Shown here in pieces: positions 1 to 9,604 of a stretch of 46,519 nucleotides of DNA; positions within the stretch are counted from its first letter, which is position 1, and every line of letters begins with the position of its first letter. Where the stretch lies: the sequence record SRR20825019_1399. One strand, 5' to 3'. The position numbers were made by a program, and so were the translations under genes. The notes beneath the pieces are model-generated. The model was given only the letters and a program-made list of their open reading frames with translations, searched no databases and was not told the DNA's origin.

Positions 1-1215
1 TTCTATTTCTTCTTCATCGAGATCTGGCCGGAAGAGGTCTATTACCTGACCGGGCTGCTGATCATTGCCGCCCTCCTCCTGTTCCTGGTGACCAGCCTCG
101 CCGGGCGTGTCTGGTGCGGCTATACCTGCCCGCAGACGGTCTGGACCGATCTTTTCATCTGGGTCGAGCGTCTCGTCGAGGGCGACCGCAGCGCCCGTAT
201 CCGTCTCGACAAAGCACCATTTTCAGTCAACAAGGCCGTCCGCAAGATCACCAAACATGCCTTGTGGATCTTGATCGGCATGGCGACCGGCGGCGCCTGG
301 ATCTTCTATTTCGCAGACGCGCCGTCACTGTTTGTGGATCTCTTCACCCTGCAGGCCCCCATCGTCGCCTACAGCACCGTCGCGGTGCTCACGGCCACCA
401 CCTACATTTTTGGCGGCATGATGCGCGAGCAGGTCTGCACCTTCATGTGCCCCTGGCCGCGTATCCAGGGAGCGCTGGTCGACGAGGATTCCCTGATCGT
501 CTCCTACAAGGAAGACCGGGGTGAGCAGCGGGCGCCGTTCCGAAAGGATATGGATTGGGAAATGCGCGGAGACTGCATCGACTGCAACCAGTGTGTCGCG
601 GTCTGCCCGATGGGCATAGACATCCGCGACGGCCAGCAGCTGGAATGCATTCACTGCGCGCTCTGCATCGATGCCTGTAATGACGTCATGACCCGGATCG
701 ACCGGCCGCTGAACCTGATTTCCTACGACACTTACGTCAATCATGAGCGGCGCGCGGCGGGTGAGCCGGAACAGAAGCCCCGCATCTTCCGGGCCCGGAC
801 CGTGATCTACGCCGCCCTGATCGCGATTGTCGGGCTGATCATGCTTGCGACACTGGTCACCCGCTCGACGCTCGACATCAACATCCTGCATGACCGTAAC
901 CCGCTGTTCGTGAAACTGTCCGACGGCGGCATCCGGAACGGCTACACGATCAAGATCCTGAACAAGCAGCACGAGATACGGCGCTTCGAGATCGCGGTCG
1001 AGGGGCTGGAGAATGCGCTTGTCAGTGTTGTCGGACTGGATGGGACCACCGGCCTCACAGTCCCCGCGGACCGGCTCGCCCAGTTCCGGGTTTTCGTCGC
1101 TGTCCCGGCGGCCAATGCGCCGGACGGCCGGGAAGACTTCAACTTCATCGTTACCGATCTCGCCGACGGCAACCGCGCCGTCAACGACACGGTATTCAGG
1201 GGCCCAGAGCAATGA
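1..1215 (+). CDS. ccoG: cbb3-type cytochrome c oxidase accessory ferredoxin-like membrane protein FixG/CcoG (5'-truncated by window edge)
   Basis: Open frame from base 1 (FYFFFIEIWPEEVYY...). Motifs GRVWCGYTCPQTVW, REQVCTFMCPWPRIQ, and two 4Fe-4S motifs CIDCNQCVAVCP and CIHCALCIDAC. Precedes fixH/fixI. Confidence 0.96.
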   Translation, partial: FYFFFIEIWPEEVYYLTGLLIIAALLLFLVTSLAGRVWCGYTCPQTVWTDLFIWVERLVEGDRSARIRLDKAPFSVNKAVRKITKHALWILIGMATGGAWIFYFADAPSLFVDLFTLQAPIVAYSTVAVLTATTYIFGGMMREQVCTFMCPWPRIQGALVDEDSLIVSYKEDRGEQRAPFRKDMDWEMRGDCIDCNQCVAVCPMGIDIRDGQQLECIHCALCIDACNDVMTRIDRPLNLISYDTYVNHERRAAGEPEQKPRIFRARTVIYAALIAIVGLIMLATLVTRSTLDINILHDRNPLFVKLSDGGIRNGYTIKILNKQHEIRRFEIAVEGLENALVSVVGLDGTTGLTVPADRLAQFRVFVAVPAANAPDGREDFNFIVTDLADGNRAVNDTVFRGPEQ

Positions 1216-1727
1216 GCGACACCCATATGAGCACGCCCATGAAGATCAAAGGCAAACATGTCCTGCTGATGCTACTCGCCTTCTTCGGCATCGTGATCGC
1301 GGTGAATGTCACCTTCATCACCCTCGCCCTCGAGACCTGGACCGGGTTGACCAGCCAGAAGTCCTATCAGGAAGGCCTGACCTACAATGCGGCGATCCGC
1401 GATGCGGAAGCCCAACGGGCACGGGGCTGGCAGGTGGAGATCGCCTTCACGCGCGACCAGACGCCCCCGGGGGTCGTCAGCATGTCTGTGTCGGCCCGCC
1501 TGTCGGACAGTGCTGGCAAGGCCCTGATGCCCGCCAGCATCACTCTCGCCTTCCGACACCCGATCAACGAGACCTACGACCAGCTTGTCACGCTCTCCGA
1601 GACCGCTGACGGGTTTTATGTCGGACAGGCCACCCTTCCCGTTGTGGGCAACTGGGACACACGCCTGACAGCACACATGGCTGACGGAACACCCTTCCGC
1701 CAGGACGGAACACTCTGGATCGAATAG
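1212..1727 (+). CDS. ccoH: FixH/CcoH family protein
   Basis: N-terminal TM segment KHVLLMLLAFFGIVIAVN followed by SYQEGLTYN...AQRARGW. ATGA overlap with fixG. Confidence 0.92.
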   Translation: MSDTHMSTPMKIKGKHVLLMLLAFFGIVIAVNVTFITLALETWTGLTSQKSYQEGLTYNAAIRDAEAQRARGWQVEIAFTRDQTPPGVVSMSVSARLSDSAGKALMPASITLAFRHPINETYDQLVTLSETADGFYVGQATLPVVGNWDTRLTAHMADGTPFRQDGTLWIE

Positions 1728-1732
1728 GCACG

Positions 1733-4039
1733 ATGATGAACACCGTCTCCGACAGGCCGGCCGGCACGCAGAACACCGAGACAGCACCGCTTGCGAGTTG
1801 CTGCGAGATCGCGGCCGCCATGGACCTCGCGGCGGACGTAATCCGGCCGGCGGATGTCGCCTCCTATGTTGTCGCCGGTGAAGACGGCATCTCGGACCTG
1901 CATCTGATTGTCCGGAACATGCATTGCCCGTCCTGCGTGCGGCAGATAGAGGGCGGCCTGAACGGAAAACCCGGCGTGCTGACTGCCAGGCTCAACGCAA
2001 CGACGCGCCGCCTGCATCTGCGCTGGAACGAGGCACAGACGAACGCGGCCTCCCTCGTCGGCGTGCTGGCCGATCTCGGCTACGAAGTCAGCCCCTACGA
2101 TCCGGTAAAACTCGCGGCCTCGGCCAACACGGATGATCGAGACCTTTTGAAAGCCATGGCGGTCTCCGGATTCGCCGCCGCCAACGTGATGCTGATCTCG
2201 GTTGCCGTATGGGCCGGTCTTGCGCAGGACATGGGCGAAGCGACGCGGACGCTAATGCACTGGCTCTCCGCGCTGATCGCCCTGCCTGCCGTCGCCTATG
2301 CCGGGCGTCCGTTCTTCCGCTCGGCCCTCTCCGCAGTCTCGCATGGCCGTACCAATATGGACGTGCCGATCTCGCTTGCCGTGCTGCTCGCCTGCGGCAT
2401 GAGCCTGTTTGAGACCACCCGTGGCGGCGAGCATGTCTATTTCGATGCCTCGGTCAGCCTGCTTTTCTTCCTGCTGATCGGCCGGTTTCTCGACCGCTCG
2501 CTGCGGCGCAAGGTCGAGTCTGCCGCCCAGAACCTCCTGGCCCTCAGGGCCGTGTCCGCGACCGTAATCGGCCCCGATGGCCATTACACCTCGATGCCGG
2601 TCGACTCTATCCGCCCCGGTATGAGCGTTGCCGTCGCAGCAGGGGAACGCCTGCCGGTCGATGGCCTTGTGGCCAGCGGCCAGACCGAGATCGATACCTC
2701 CATGGTCACCGGCGAAAGCCTGCCGCGCCCCACACGGATCGGCGACAAGGTCTTTGCCGGGACGGTCAATGTCGGCGCACCTGTCACCGTAACGGTAACA
2801 GCCACCGACGAGGGCACGTTGCTGTCGGAGATCGTCGGCCTCATGGAAGCCGCCGAGCAGGGCCGGGCCCGCTATGTGCGGCTGGCCGACCGGATGGCAC
2901 GCTGGTATGCCCCTGTTGTGCATGCTGTCTCTCTGGCCACCTTCCTCGGTTGGTTCCTGATCGGCGGGATGAGTTGGCAGGGATCACTTTTAACCGCCAT
3001 TACCGTTCTGATCGTCACCTGCCCGTGCGCGCTGGGCCTCGCCGTACCAGCCGTCCAGGCCGGGGCGGTCGGGCGCCTGTTGAAAGCCGGAATTCTGGCA
3101 AAATCCGGGGACGGCCTCGAACGGCTCGCGACTGTCGACACCGTGGTTTTCGACAAGACAGGCACCCTTACCCTCGGTCACCCCGAACTGGTTGACCGGC
3201 ATGATATTGCGCTCGCCGATCTGAAGCGCGCCGCCGCGCTGGCCGCCGCAAGCCGTCACCCGCTTTCTCTCGCCCTGCGCCGGGTGGCCGGTCCGGTCGC
3301 AGCGCTCCAGTCGGTCGAGGAAATTCCCGGACAGGGGCTGAAAGCCACGGACGGTCAGAGCGAGATCCGTCTCGGACGGCGGGAATTCGCCGGTGTTTCA
3401 GCCAACGAAGGCTTCGCCCATGACGGCCCGGAGCTCTGGCTTTCCGAGAATGGCCGTCACGTCCAGTTCCGGTTCAACGACACGGTCCGTTCCGATGCGG
3501 CAGCCGTGATATCCGCCCTGCAAGATGACGGCTACGTAGTGGAACTGCTGTCCGGCGACCGCCAGGATGCGGTGGCCCGGATTGCGAAGGAGCTCGGGAT
3601 TACGACCTGGCGGCATGGCTGCACGCCACAGGACAAAATCGCCCGGCTGGATGCACTCACGGCACAGGGACGCCGGGTCTGCATGGTCGGTGACGGGCTG
3701 AACGACGCACCGGCCCTCGCCTCCGCCTTCGCCTCGATCTCTCCGGGTACGGCCGCGGACGCAAGCCAGACAGCAGCGGATTTCATTTTTCAGGGCCATC
3801 ATCTCGCACCGGTTCTGGAAAGCCTGAAGACCGCTCGGATCTCCAGAGCACTGGTGATGCAGAATTTCACCCTCGCCCTTGCCTACAATCTGATCGCGAT
3901 ACCGGTTGCCGCCGCTGGTTTCGCCACGCCGCTGATTGCCGCCATCGCCATGTCTTCCTCTTCGCTGGTGGTGACGCTGAACGCCCTGCGCATTAAACTC
4001 GGCCAGATCCTGCCGGAGCATCAAGATGACCGCGCTTAG
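1733..4039 (+). CDS. ccoI: Heavy-metal (Cu) P1B-type ATPase FixI/CcoI
   Basis: HMA motif MHCPSC, TGES, CPCALGLA, DKTGTLT, GDGLNDAP, YN and MSSSS. Position in the fixGHIS operon. Confidence 0.96.
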   Translation: MMNTVSDRPAGTQNTETAPLASCCEIAAAMDLAADVIRPADVASYVVAGEDGISDLHLIVRNMHCPSCVRQIEGGLNGKPGVLTARLNATTRRLHLRWNEAQTNAASLVGVLADLGYEVSPYDPVKLAASANTDDRDLLKAMAVSGFAAANVMLISVAVWAGLAQDMGEATRTLMHWLSALIALPAVAYAGRPFFRSALSAVSHGRTNMDVPISLAVLLACGMSLFETTRGGEHVYFDASVSLLFFLLIGRFLDRSLRRKVESAAQNLLALRAVSATVIGPDGHYTSMPVDSIRPGMSVAVAAGERLPVDGLVASGQTEIDTSMVTGESLPRPTRIGDKVFAGTVNVGAPVTVTVTATDEGTLLSEIVGLMEAAEQGRARYVRLADRMARWYAPVVHAVSLATFLGWFLIGGMSWQGSLLTAITVLIVTCPCALGLAVPAVQAGAVGRLLKAGILAKSGDGLERLATVDTVVFDKTGTLTLGHPELVDRHDIALADLKRAAALAAASRHPLSLALRRVAGPVAALQSVEEIPGQGLKATDGQSEIRLGRREFAGVSANEGFAHDGPELWLSENGRHVQFRFNDTVRSDAAAVISALQDDGYVVELLSGDRQDAVARIAKELGITTWRHGCTPQDKIARLDALTAQGRRVCMVGDGLNDAPALASAFASISPGTAADASQTAADFIFQGHHLAPVLESLKTARISRALVMQNFTLALAYNLIAIPVAAAGFATPLIAAIAMSSSSLVVTLNALRIKLGQILPEHQDDRA

Positions 4040-4163
4040 CTTCCTCATTCCCGCCGCCCTGTTCCTCGGCCTGATCGGCCTGATCGCCTTTCTCTGGGCA
4101 CTCAAGAACGGCCAGTTCGAGGATCTGGACGGCGCCGCGCACCGCATGCTGGACGACGACTGA
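4026..4163 (+). CDS. ccoS: cbb3 oxidase maturation protein FixS/CcoS (45 aa, absent from the ORF track)
   Basis: Manual translation MTALSFLIPAALFLGLIGLIAFLWALKNGQFEDLDGAAHRMLDDD*, with the hallmark FLWA..GQFEDL.G.A.R.L. Overlaps the end of fixI. Confidence 0.95.
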   Translation: MTALSFLIPAALFLGLIGLIAFLWALKNGQFEDLDGAAHRMLDDD

Positions 4164-4236
4164 CAGTGCGTCACAACGCCGTTATTGACGGCTTTCCCGG
4201 ATTACAATCTCCAGCGCCCGGGTCAATCTTCCATCC

Positions 4237-5091
4237 ATGAGATGGTCACGAATCTTTCCAGCAATTATTACCGTGCTGCTCGTCTTCGCCGGTGTTCCGC
4301 CAATAACGGCTCACGGTACCGACCAGACGTGCGGGCCTGAGGACGCCTGCATTCTTGACGGCGGGAGCTACCATGCAAAAGTTCCAGCCGGCTGGAATGG
4401 AGAAAGCCCCCTGCCGGTCCTGACTTACTTCCATGGATATGGACAGACAGGCCGCACCGTCATGGCGATGAAAGCGCTGACAAAAGCGGCGGAAGACGCT
4501 GGGGCACTGATCATCGCCCCGAACGGCATCGACAAGGCTTGGTCCGTCCGGGGTGCACCTCCGAACAAGCGGGATGAAATCGCCTTTGCTGCAGCCATGA
4601 TCGAGGATGTGGCCAGACGCTGGCCCATCGACCGGTCACGCCTCTGGATCTCCGGCTTCTCGCTCGGCGCGTCCATGGCCTGGGACATCGCCTGTCTGGC
4701 CGGTGATCGCTATGCCGGTTTTTTCCCGGTTTCCGGATCTTTCTGGCGCCCGCATCCGGTGACCTGCCCGTCCGGCCCGGTAACGATGATCCATGTGCAT
4801 GGGCGCGGCGACAAAGTCATGCCGCTTGAAGGCCGGACCATTCGCGGGCAATGGCGTCAGGGAGATGTGCTTGAAAGCTTCGAAATACTGCGCAGCCATA
4901 ACCACTGCAAGCTGCCGGACGTCGAAAGCACCGGACCAAGGGGCCTGCTTTGCAAGGAATGGAACCACTGCGACGGGGGATCGCGCCTCGCGCTCTGCCT
5001 CTATGATGGCGGACACGCCGCTCCGAAGGACTGGTATCCGCGCGCATTTGAATGGCTCGACAGCGTGGCCAAGGCAAAGTCAGCCGGTTAA
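4237..5091 (+). CDS. Exported alpha/beta-hydrolase (PHB-depolymerase/LpqC-like esterase)
   Basis: Signal peptide; YFHGYG; nucleophile GFSLG; HVHGRGDKVMP; GGH near the C-terminus; several Cys pairs. Confidence 0.82.
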   Translation: MRWSRIFPAIITVLLVFAGVPPITAHGTDQTCGPEDACILDGGSYHAKVPAGWNGESPLPVLTYFHGYGQTGRTVMAMKALTKAAEDAGALIIAPNGIDKAWSVRGAPPNKRDEIAFAAAMIEDVARRWPIDRSRLWISGFSLGASMAWDIACLAGDRYAGFFPVSGSFWRPHPVTCPSGPVTMIHVHGRGDKVMPLEGRTIRGQWRQGDVLESFEILRSHNHCKLPDVESTGPRGLLCKEWNHCDGGSRLALCLYDGGHAAPKDWYPRAFEWLDSVAKAKSAG

Positions 5092-5870
5092 TCCGGCCTG
5101 ACTCCGTCAAAAGCTCGCCGGTAGGCATGCCACGTCGCGTGGCCGATCAGAGGGAAAGTGACCGCCAAACCAACGAAACAGGTCACGATCCCGACCGCCG
5201 TCAGCATCACGATGAGCCAGGCCCAAACCAGCATCGGCCAGAAATTCTGCCGGACCATCTTCACGCTTTCCAGCACGGCCGTTACCGCATCCACGTCCCG
5301 GACCATCAGGATCGGCACGGAGAATGCGGTAAGCGCAAAGACCGCCGCCGCCAGCACGCCGCCAAATGCCGTTCCGACGACCAGCAGCCCCAGGCCATCG
5401 AAACTGAAGAACAGGATGCTGATGGACTCTTCCAGCCCCGGAAAAGGCTGGGTGCCGAAAAACAGCGCATAAAGCAGCGTGGCGATGCGGATCCAGATCA
5501 GGTGCGCCGCCATCAGAATCACCCCCAGAGAGGCAAGCTGCGTCGGATTGCGTACCGGCACGAAAAGCGCCGTTCCGAGTGAAACAGGCTCTCCCGCCTG
5601 ACGCCGCCGGCTGGTCTCGTACAGTCCGACCGCCAGCATCGGCCCCATCAGCATGAAGCCGGCCGAGAGTGGCAGCAGGAGATGCGGGATATCGAAATAA
5701 AAGAGCGCCCCCGCCAGTCCCAGACTGACAACGGAGAAAGCGATCCCGTATGTCAGGCTGATTGCCGGTCCGGCCAGGATGTCACGCCATCCGGCAGCCA
5801 GCCATTCCCAGGGTTCGTCAGGCTCCATCCGGCTGCCATGCACCTGAATGGTATCCATCGACACCATCAT
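5088..5870 (-). CDS. DUF2189-type integral membrane protein
   Basis: PWEWLAAGWRD, GFMLMGPMLAVGLYETSRR and FPLIGHATWHAYR motifs. GGAGG RBS before the ATG at 5870. Confidence 0.85.
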   Translation of the reverse strand: MMVSMDTIQVHGSRMEPDEPWEWLAAGWRDILAGPAISLTYGIAFSVVSLGLAGALFYFDIPHLLLPLSAGFMLMGPMLAVGLYETSRRRQAGEPVSLGTALFVPVRNPTQLASLGVILMAAHLIWIRIATLLYALFFGTQPFPGLEESISILFFSFDGLGLLVVGTAFGGVLAAAVFALTAFSVPILMVRDVDAVTAVLESVKMVRQNFWPMLVWAWLIVMLTAVGIVTCFVGLAVTFPLIGHATWHAYRRAFDGVRPD

Positions 5871-5987
5871 ATTCCTCCGGTTTTTCTTGCCCGCTCTCAT
5901 TGCATGCCCGGAAACCGGGCCATGGTCGCGGCGGTACATTCAGCTTTAGTGTCACTCTCAACAATATCGGGAAACAAGACAAAAACA

Positions 5988-6001
5988 TTGATCCAGATCA
6001 A
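5988..6001. promoter_or_regulatory. FNR/FnrL/FixK box TTGAT-N4-ATCAA
   Basis: Perfect TTGATCCAGATCAA in the divergent spacer between the DUF2189 gene and the ABC binding-protein gene. Confidence 0.85.
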
Positions 6002-6142
6002 TGTTTTCCGGACTGGACGCCGCCTGGCGGAACACCCCGCATTTCCATTCACACTATTGCAGTGCAACAGGGGTCGTGTAAGGCTTGCCCCCTTTCGGGC
6101 GGTGCCCCCCTTGCGGTGCCGCTTTGGGCAGGGAGACAAAGA

Positions 6143-7618
6143 ATGAAAACCAAGCTGTTCGCAGCAGCGTTGCTGGCTGCCGGTATCGGCATGTCCGGAC
6201 AGGCCGCCGCCAAGGATAGTCTGACACTCGGTATCGGGCTTGAGCCGCCGCATCTGGACCCGACGGCAGGTGCCGCCGCCGCTATTGACGAGGTGGTCTA
6301 TCAGAACGTGTTCGAGGGCCTGACCCGGATCGGACCGGATGGTGCGGTGCTTCCCGGACTGGCAAAGGAATGGGATGTCTCCGACGACGGACTGACCTAC
6401 AGCTTCAAACTGCGCGATGGTGTGAAATTCCACGATGGCACGGCATTCGATTCAGCCGACGTGCTGTTCTCGATCAACCGCGCCATGGCGGAAGACAGCC
6501 CCAACGCCCAGAAAGCCCTGTTCGAGCCGATCGCCAAGATCGAGGCACCGGACGCCACCAGCGTCACCATCACCCTGAAGCGCCCGACGGGCCATTTCCT
6601 GTTCAATCTGGGCTGGGGCGACGTTGTCATGGTCGCGCCGGAAAGCGCGGATACGAACAAGACCAAGCCGGTCGGCACGGGTTCCTTTACTTTCGACCGC
6701 TGGAGCAAGGGCTCCGAGATTCGCCTCTCGCGGAACGATGCCTATTGGGGCAATGCCGCGAAACTGGCGAAGGTCAGCTTCAAGGTGATGCCGGATGCGG
6801 CTTCTTCCGCCGCCGCGCTGATGTCCGGCGATATCGACGTTTTCCCGAATTTCGGAGCGCCGGAATTGCTGGAACAGTTCCGCGCAGATCCGCGCTTTGA
6901 AGTCGTCGTCGGCACCACGGAGGGGGAGACCATCCTCTCCATGAATAATACGAACAAGGCACTCAGCGACATTCGCGTGCGCCGGGCTATCGCCCATGCC
7001 ATCGACCGCCAAGCGATCATCGACGGCGCCATGTTCGGCTCCGGCACGCCCATCGGCAGCCATTTCGCCCCGCACCATCCGGCCTATCTCGATCTGACCG
7101 GCATGTATCCGCACGATCAGGCGAAAGCCAAGGCTCTGTTAGCCGAGGCCGGTTACGCCGATGGCCTGAAACTGCGCCTGACCCTGCCGCCCACATCCTA
7201 TGCCCGCCGTGGCGGTGAAGTGATCGCGGCCCAGCTCGCCGCTGTCGGTATCGAAACCGAGATCATCCCGGTCGAGTGGGCGCAATGGCTGAAGCAGGTG
7301 TTCAAGACGACGGATTACGACCTCACCATCGTTTCCCACACCGAGCCGTTCGATATCGGCATCTACGCGCGCGACAGCTATTACTTCAATTACAAGAGCG
7401 AGCGATTCAACAAGGTCTATGCGGACCTGACCGAAGCCGTCGATCCGGCCAAACGGAAAGAGCTGATCGGCGAAGCCCAGAAGATCCTGGCGGAAGACAG
7501 TGTAAACGGCTTCCTGTTCGAACTTGCCCAGAACGGCGTCTGGAAAAAGGGCATCAAGGGTCTTTGGGCAAACCGCCCGATCCAGGCCAACGATGTGACA
7601 GGCGCTTACTGGGAATAA
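6143..7618 (+). CDS. ABC transporter substrate-binding protein (peptide/nickel, family 5)
   Basis: Signal peptide MKTKLFAAALLAAG. Motifs LEPPHLDPT, FKLRDGVKFHDG, PVGTG and VRRAIAHAIDR. GGGAG RBS before 6143. Confidence 0.93.
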   Translation: MKTKLFAAALLAAGIGMSGQAAAKDSLTLGIGLEPPHLDPTAGAAAAIDEVVYQNVFEGLTRIGPDGAVLPGLAKEWDVSDDGLTYSFKLRDGVKFHDGTAFDSADVLFSINRAMAEDSPNAQKALFEPIAKIEAPDATSVTITLKRPTGHFLFNLGWGDVVMVAPESADTNKTKPVGTGSFTFDRWSKGSEIRLSRNDAYWGNAAKLAKVSFKVMPDAASSAAALMSGDIDVFPNFGAPELLEQFRADPRFEVVVGTTEGETILSMNNTNKALSDIRVRRAIAHAIDRQAIIDGAMFGSGTPIGSHFAPHHPAYLDLTGMYPHDQAKAKALLAEAGYADGLKLRLTLPPTSYARRGGEVIAAQLAAVGIETEIIPVEWAQWLKQVFKTTDYDLTIVSHTEPFDIGIYARDSYYFNYKSERFNKVYADLTEAVDPAKRKELIGEAQKILAEDSVNGFLFELAQNGVWKKGIKGLWANRPIQANDVTGAYWE

Positions 7619-7642
7619 CCCGAGCCAGCCGGACACCGTCCC

Positions 7643-8599
7643 ATGCTTGAATTTGTCGTGCGGCGCCTGACCACTCTGGCGGCGACCCTCGCGGTCGCCG
7701 CCCTCGTCGTGTTTCTCGTTATGGAAATACTCCCGGGCGATCCGGCAGAGGTCATGCTCGGTCTGAATGCACAGCCCGACACGCTCGCAGCCCTGCGGAC
7801 GCAGATGGGACTCGACCGTCCGGCCCCGGAACGGTTCATCTCCTGGATCCTCGCCTTTCTCTCCGGCGATCTCGGCATCAGCTATACCTACGACGTGCCG
7901 GTGTCCGAACTGATCGGCGAGCGGATGGTCGTCACCCTGCCGCTGGCCCTGATGGCCATCCTGATCTCGACGCTCATCGCGCTTCCGAGCGGCGTACTGT
8001 CCGCCATGTTCCGGGGCCGGCCGGCCGATACAGTCATCATGGGGATCGCACAGCTCGGCGTTGCCGTGCCGAACTTCTGGTTCGCCATCCTGCTGATCCT
8101 GCTTTTCGCCGTCACCCTCGGCTGGACCAGTGCGGGCGGTTTTCCGGGATTTGAGGACGGCATCCTGCCCGCCCTCGGCTCCCTCCTCCTGCCTGCCATA
8201 GCTCTGGCCTTGCCACAGGCGGCCATTCTGGCCCGCGTCACGCGCTCCTCTGTCATCGACGTGCTCGGGGAGGATTATATCCGGACGGCCCGGGCCAAGG
8301 GACTGCCGGGCGGGATTGTGCTCTGGCGCCATGCAGTACGGAACGCTCTCGCGGCGCCGCTCACCATCATGGGCCTGCAATTCAGCTTCCTGCTTGCGGG
8401 CACCGTCATTATCGAGAACGTGTTTTACCTGCCCGGTCTGGGCCGCCTGATGTTCCAGGCCATCGCCCAGCGCGACCTGATCGTGGTGAAGGATATCGTC
8501 GTCCTGCTTGTCGCCATCGTCATCACGGTGAACTTCATCATCGATATTCTCTACGCATGGGCCGATCCGCGGCTCAGACTGGCTGACGGCAATGTCTGA
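7643..8599 (+). CDS. ABC transporter permease (DppB/OppB-like)
   Basis: LPGDPA, EAA loop EDYIRTARAKGL, IENVFYLPGLG. Confidence 0.93.
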   Translation: MLEFVVRRLTTLAATLAVAALVVFLVMEILPGDPAEVMLGLNAQPDTLAALRTQMGLDRPAPERFISWILAFLSGDLGISYTYDVPVSELIGERMVVTLPLALMAILISTLIALPSGVLSAMFRGRPADTVIMGIAQLGVAVPNFWFAILLILLFAVTLGWTSAGGFPGFEDGILPALGSLLLPAIALALPQAAILARVTRSSVIDVLGEDYIRTARAKGLPGGIVLWRHAVRNALAAPLTIMGLQFSFLLAGTVIIENVFYLPGLGRLMFQAIAQRDLIVVKDIVVLLVAIVITVNFIIDILYAWADPRLRLADGNV

Positions 8600-9479
8600 G
8601 GCCGCACTCATCGCCCCACGCCGTTACAGGGCCGGTTTCTGGCGCCGTGCGGCCCGCCATCCCGGCTTCATGATCGGCGGTACGATATCCCTTTCCGTCC
8701 TGCTCATAGCCGCGCTGGCGCTGATCTGGACACCCTATCCGGTCACCGTGCTGAATATCGCGGAAAAACTCCACGCGGCTTCCATCGCCCACCCGCTCGG
8801 CACGGATCATTTCGGCCGGGACATCCTTTCCATGCTGATGGTCGGCGCGGGTAATTCCGTGGCGGTCGGACTGCTCGCGGTCGGCCTTGGCATCGGCGTT
8901 GGCGGACCGCTTGGCCTGCTCTCCGCCATGCGGCCCGGATTGATCAGCGAAGCGGTGATGCGGGCGAGCGATCTTGCCTTTGCCTTTCCCGCCCTGCTGA
9001 CGGCCGTGATGATCACCGCGATCTATGGCCCGGGGACCGTGAACTCAATCATCGCCATCGGCATTTTCAATGTCCCCGTCTTCGCCCGGCTGACCCGTGG
9101 CGTCTCGCTTTCGGTCTGGAAGATGGAATATGTCACCGCCGCCCGCGCGGTCGGCGTGCCGCCCCTGCAGCTCGCCCTGCGCCACATGTTGCCGAATATC
9201 GCCAGCCCGCTGATCGTGCAGGCGACCATCCAGTTCGCCTTGGCCATCCTTGCCGAAGCCGGCCTCAGCTATCTCGGGCTGGGCACCCAGCCGCCACAGC
9301 CAAGCTGGGGGAAAATGCTGCACGAGGCGCAAACCATGCTCTACTTCGCACCGATGCTGGCGATTCTCCCCGGCGCATCCATCGCGGTCACTGTGCTGGG
9401 CCTGAACCTGCTTGGTGACGGGCTCCGCGATCTGCTGGATCCGAAACTTCGACGCGCCGTAAAACCGCCAAAGACCTAG
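8592..9479 (+). CDS. ABC transporter permease (DppC/OppC-like)
   Basis: HPLGTDHFGRD, EYVTAARAVG, RHMLPN, LSYLGLG..PP.PSWG, NLLGDGLRDLLDP. Confidence 0.93.
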   Translation: MSEAALIAPRRYRAGFWRRAARHPGFMIGGTISLSVLLIAALALIWTPYPVTVLNIAEKLHAASIAHPLGTDHFGRDILSMLMVGAGNSVAVGLLAVGLGIGVGGPLGLLSAMRPGLISEAVMRASDLAFAFPALLTAVMITAIYGPGTVNSIIAIGIFNVPVFARLTRGVSLSVWKMEYVTAARAVGVPPLQLALRHMLPNIASPLIVQATIQFALAILAEAGLSYLGLGTQPPQPSWGKMLHEAQTMLYFAPMLAILPGASIAVTVLGLNLLGDGLRDLLDPKLRRAVKPPKT

Positions 9480-9604
9480 AATATCAAGAGCGATAAGGGA
9501 TATCGGTAAATGGCCTGCGATTTTTATGCTTTTGGTACAAGATCGTTGAGCCTATTTATGAAATCTTAAGGTCGACATCCTGACCTAATTTCAGGGAGTG
9601 CTTC

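Noticed and set aside
6057..6067. TTGCAGTGCAA palindrome resembling a PhaR-type TGC-N3-GCA site (similar word near 30998-31013)
   Set aside because: Too short and degenerate to support without conservation data.
5762..6142. N-terminal extension of the ABC binding protein (618-aa ORF)
   Set aside because: It overlaps the DUF2189 gene and the FNR box. The RBS and signal peptide point to ATG 6143.
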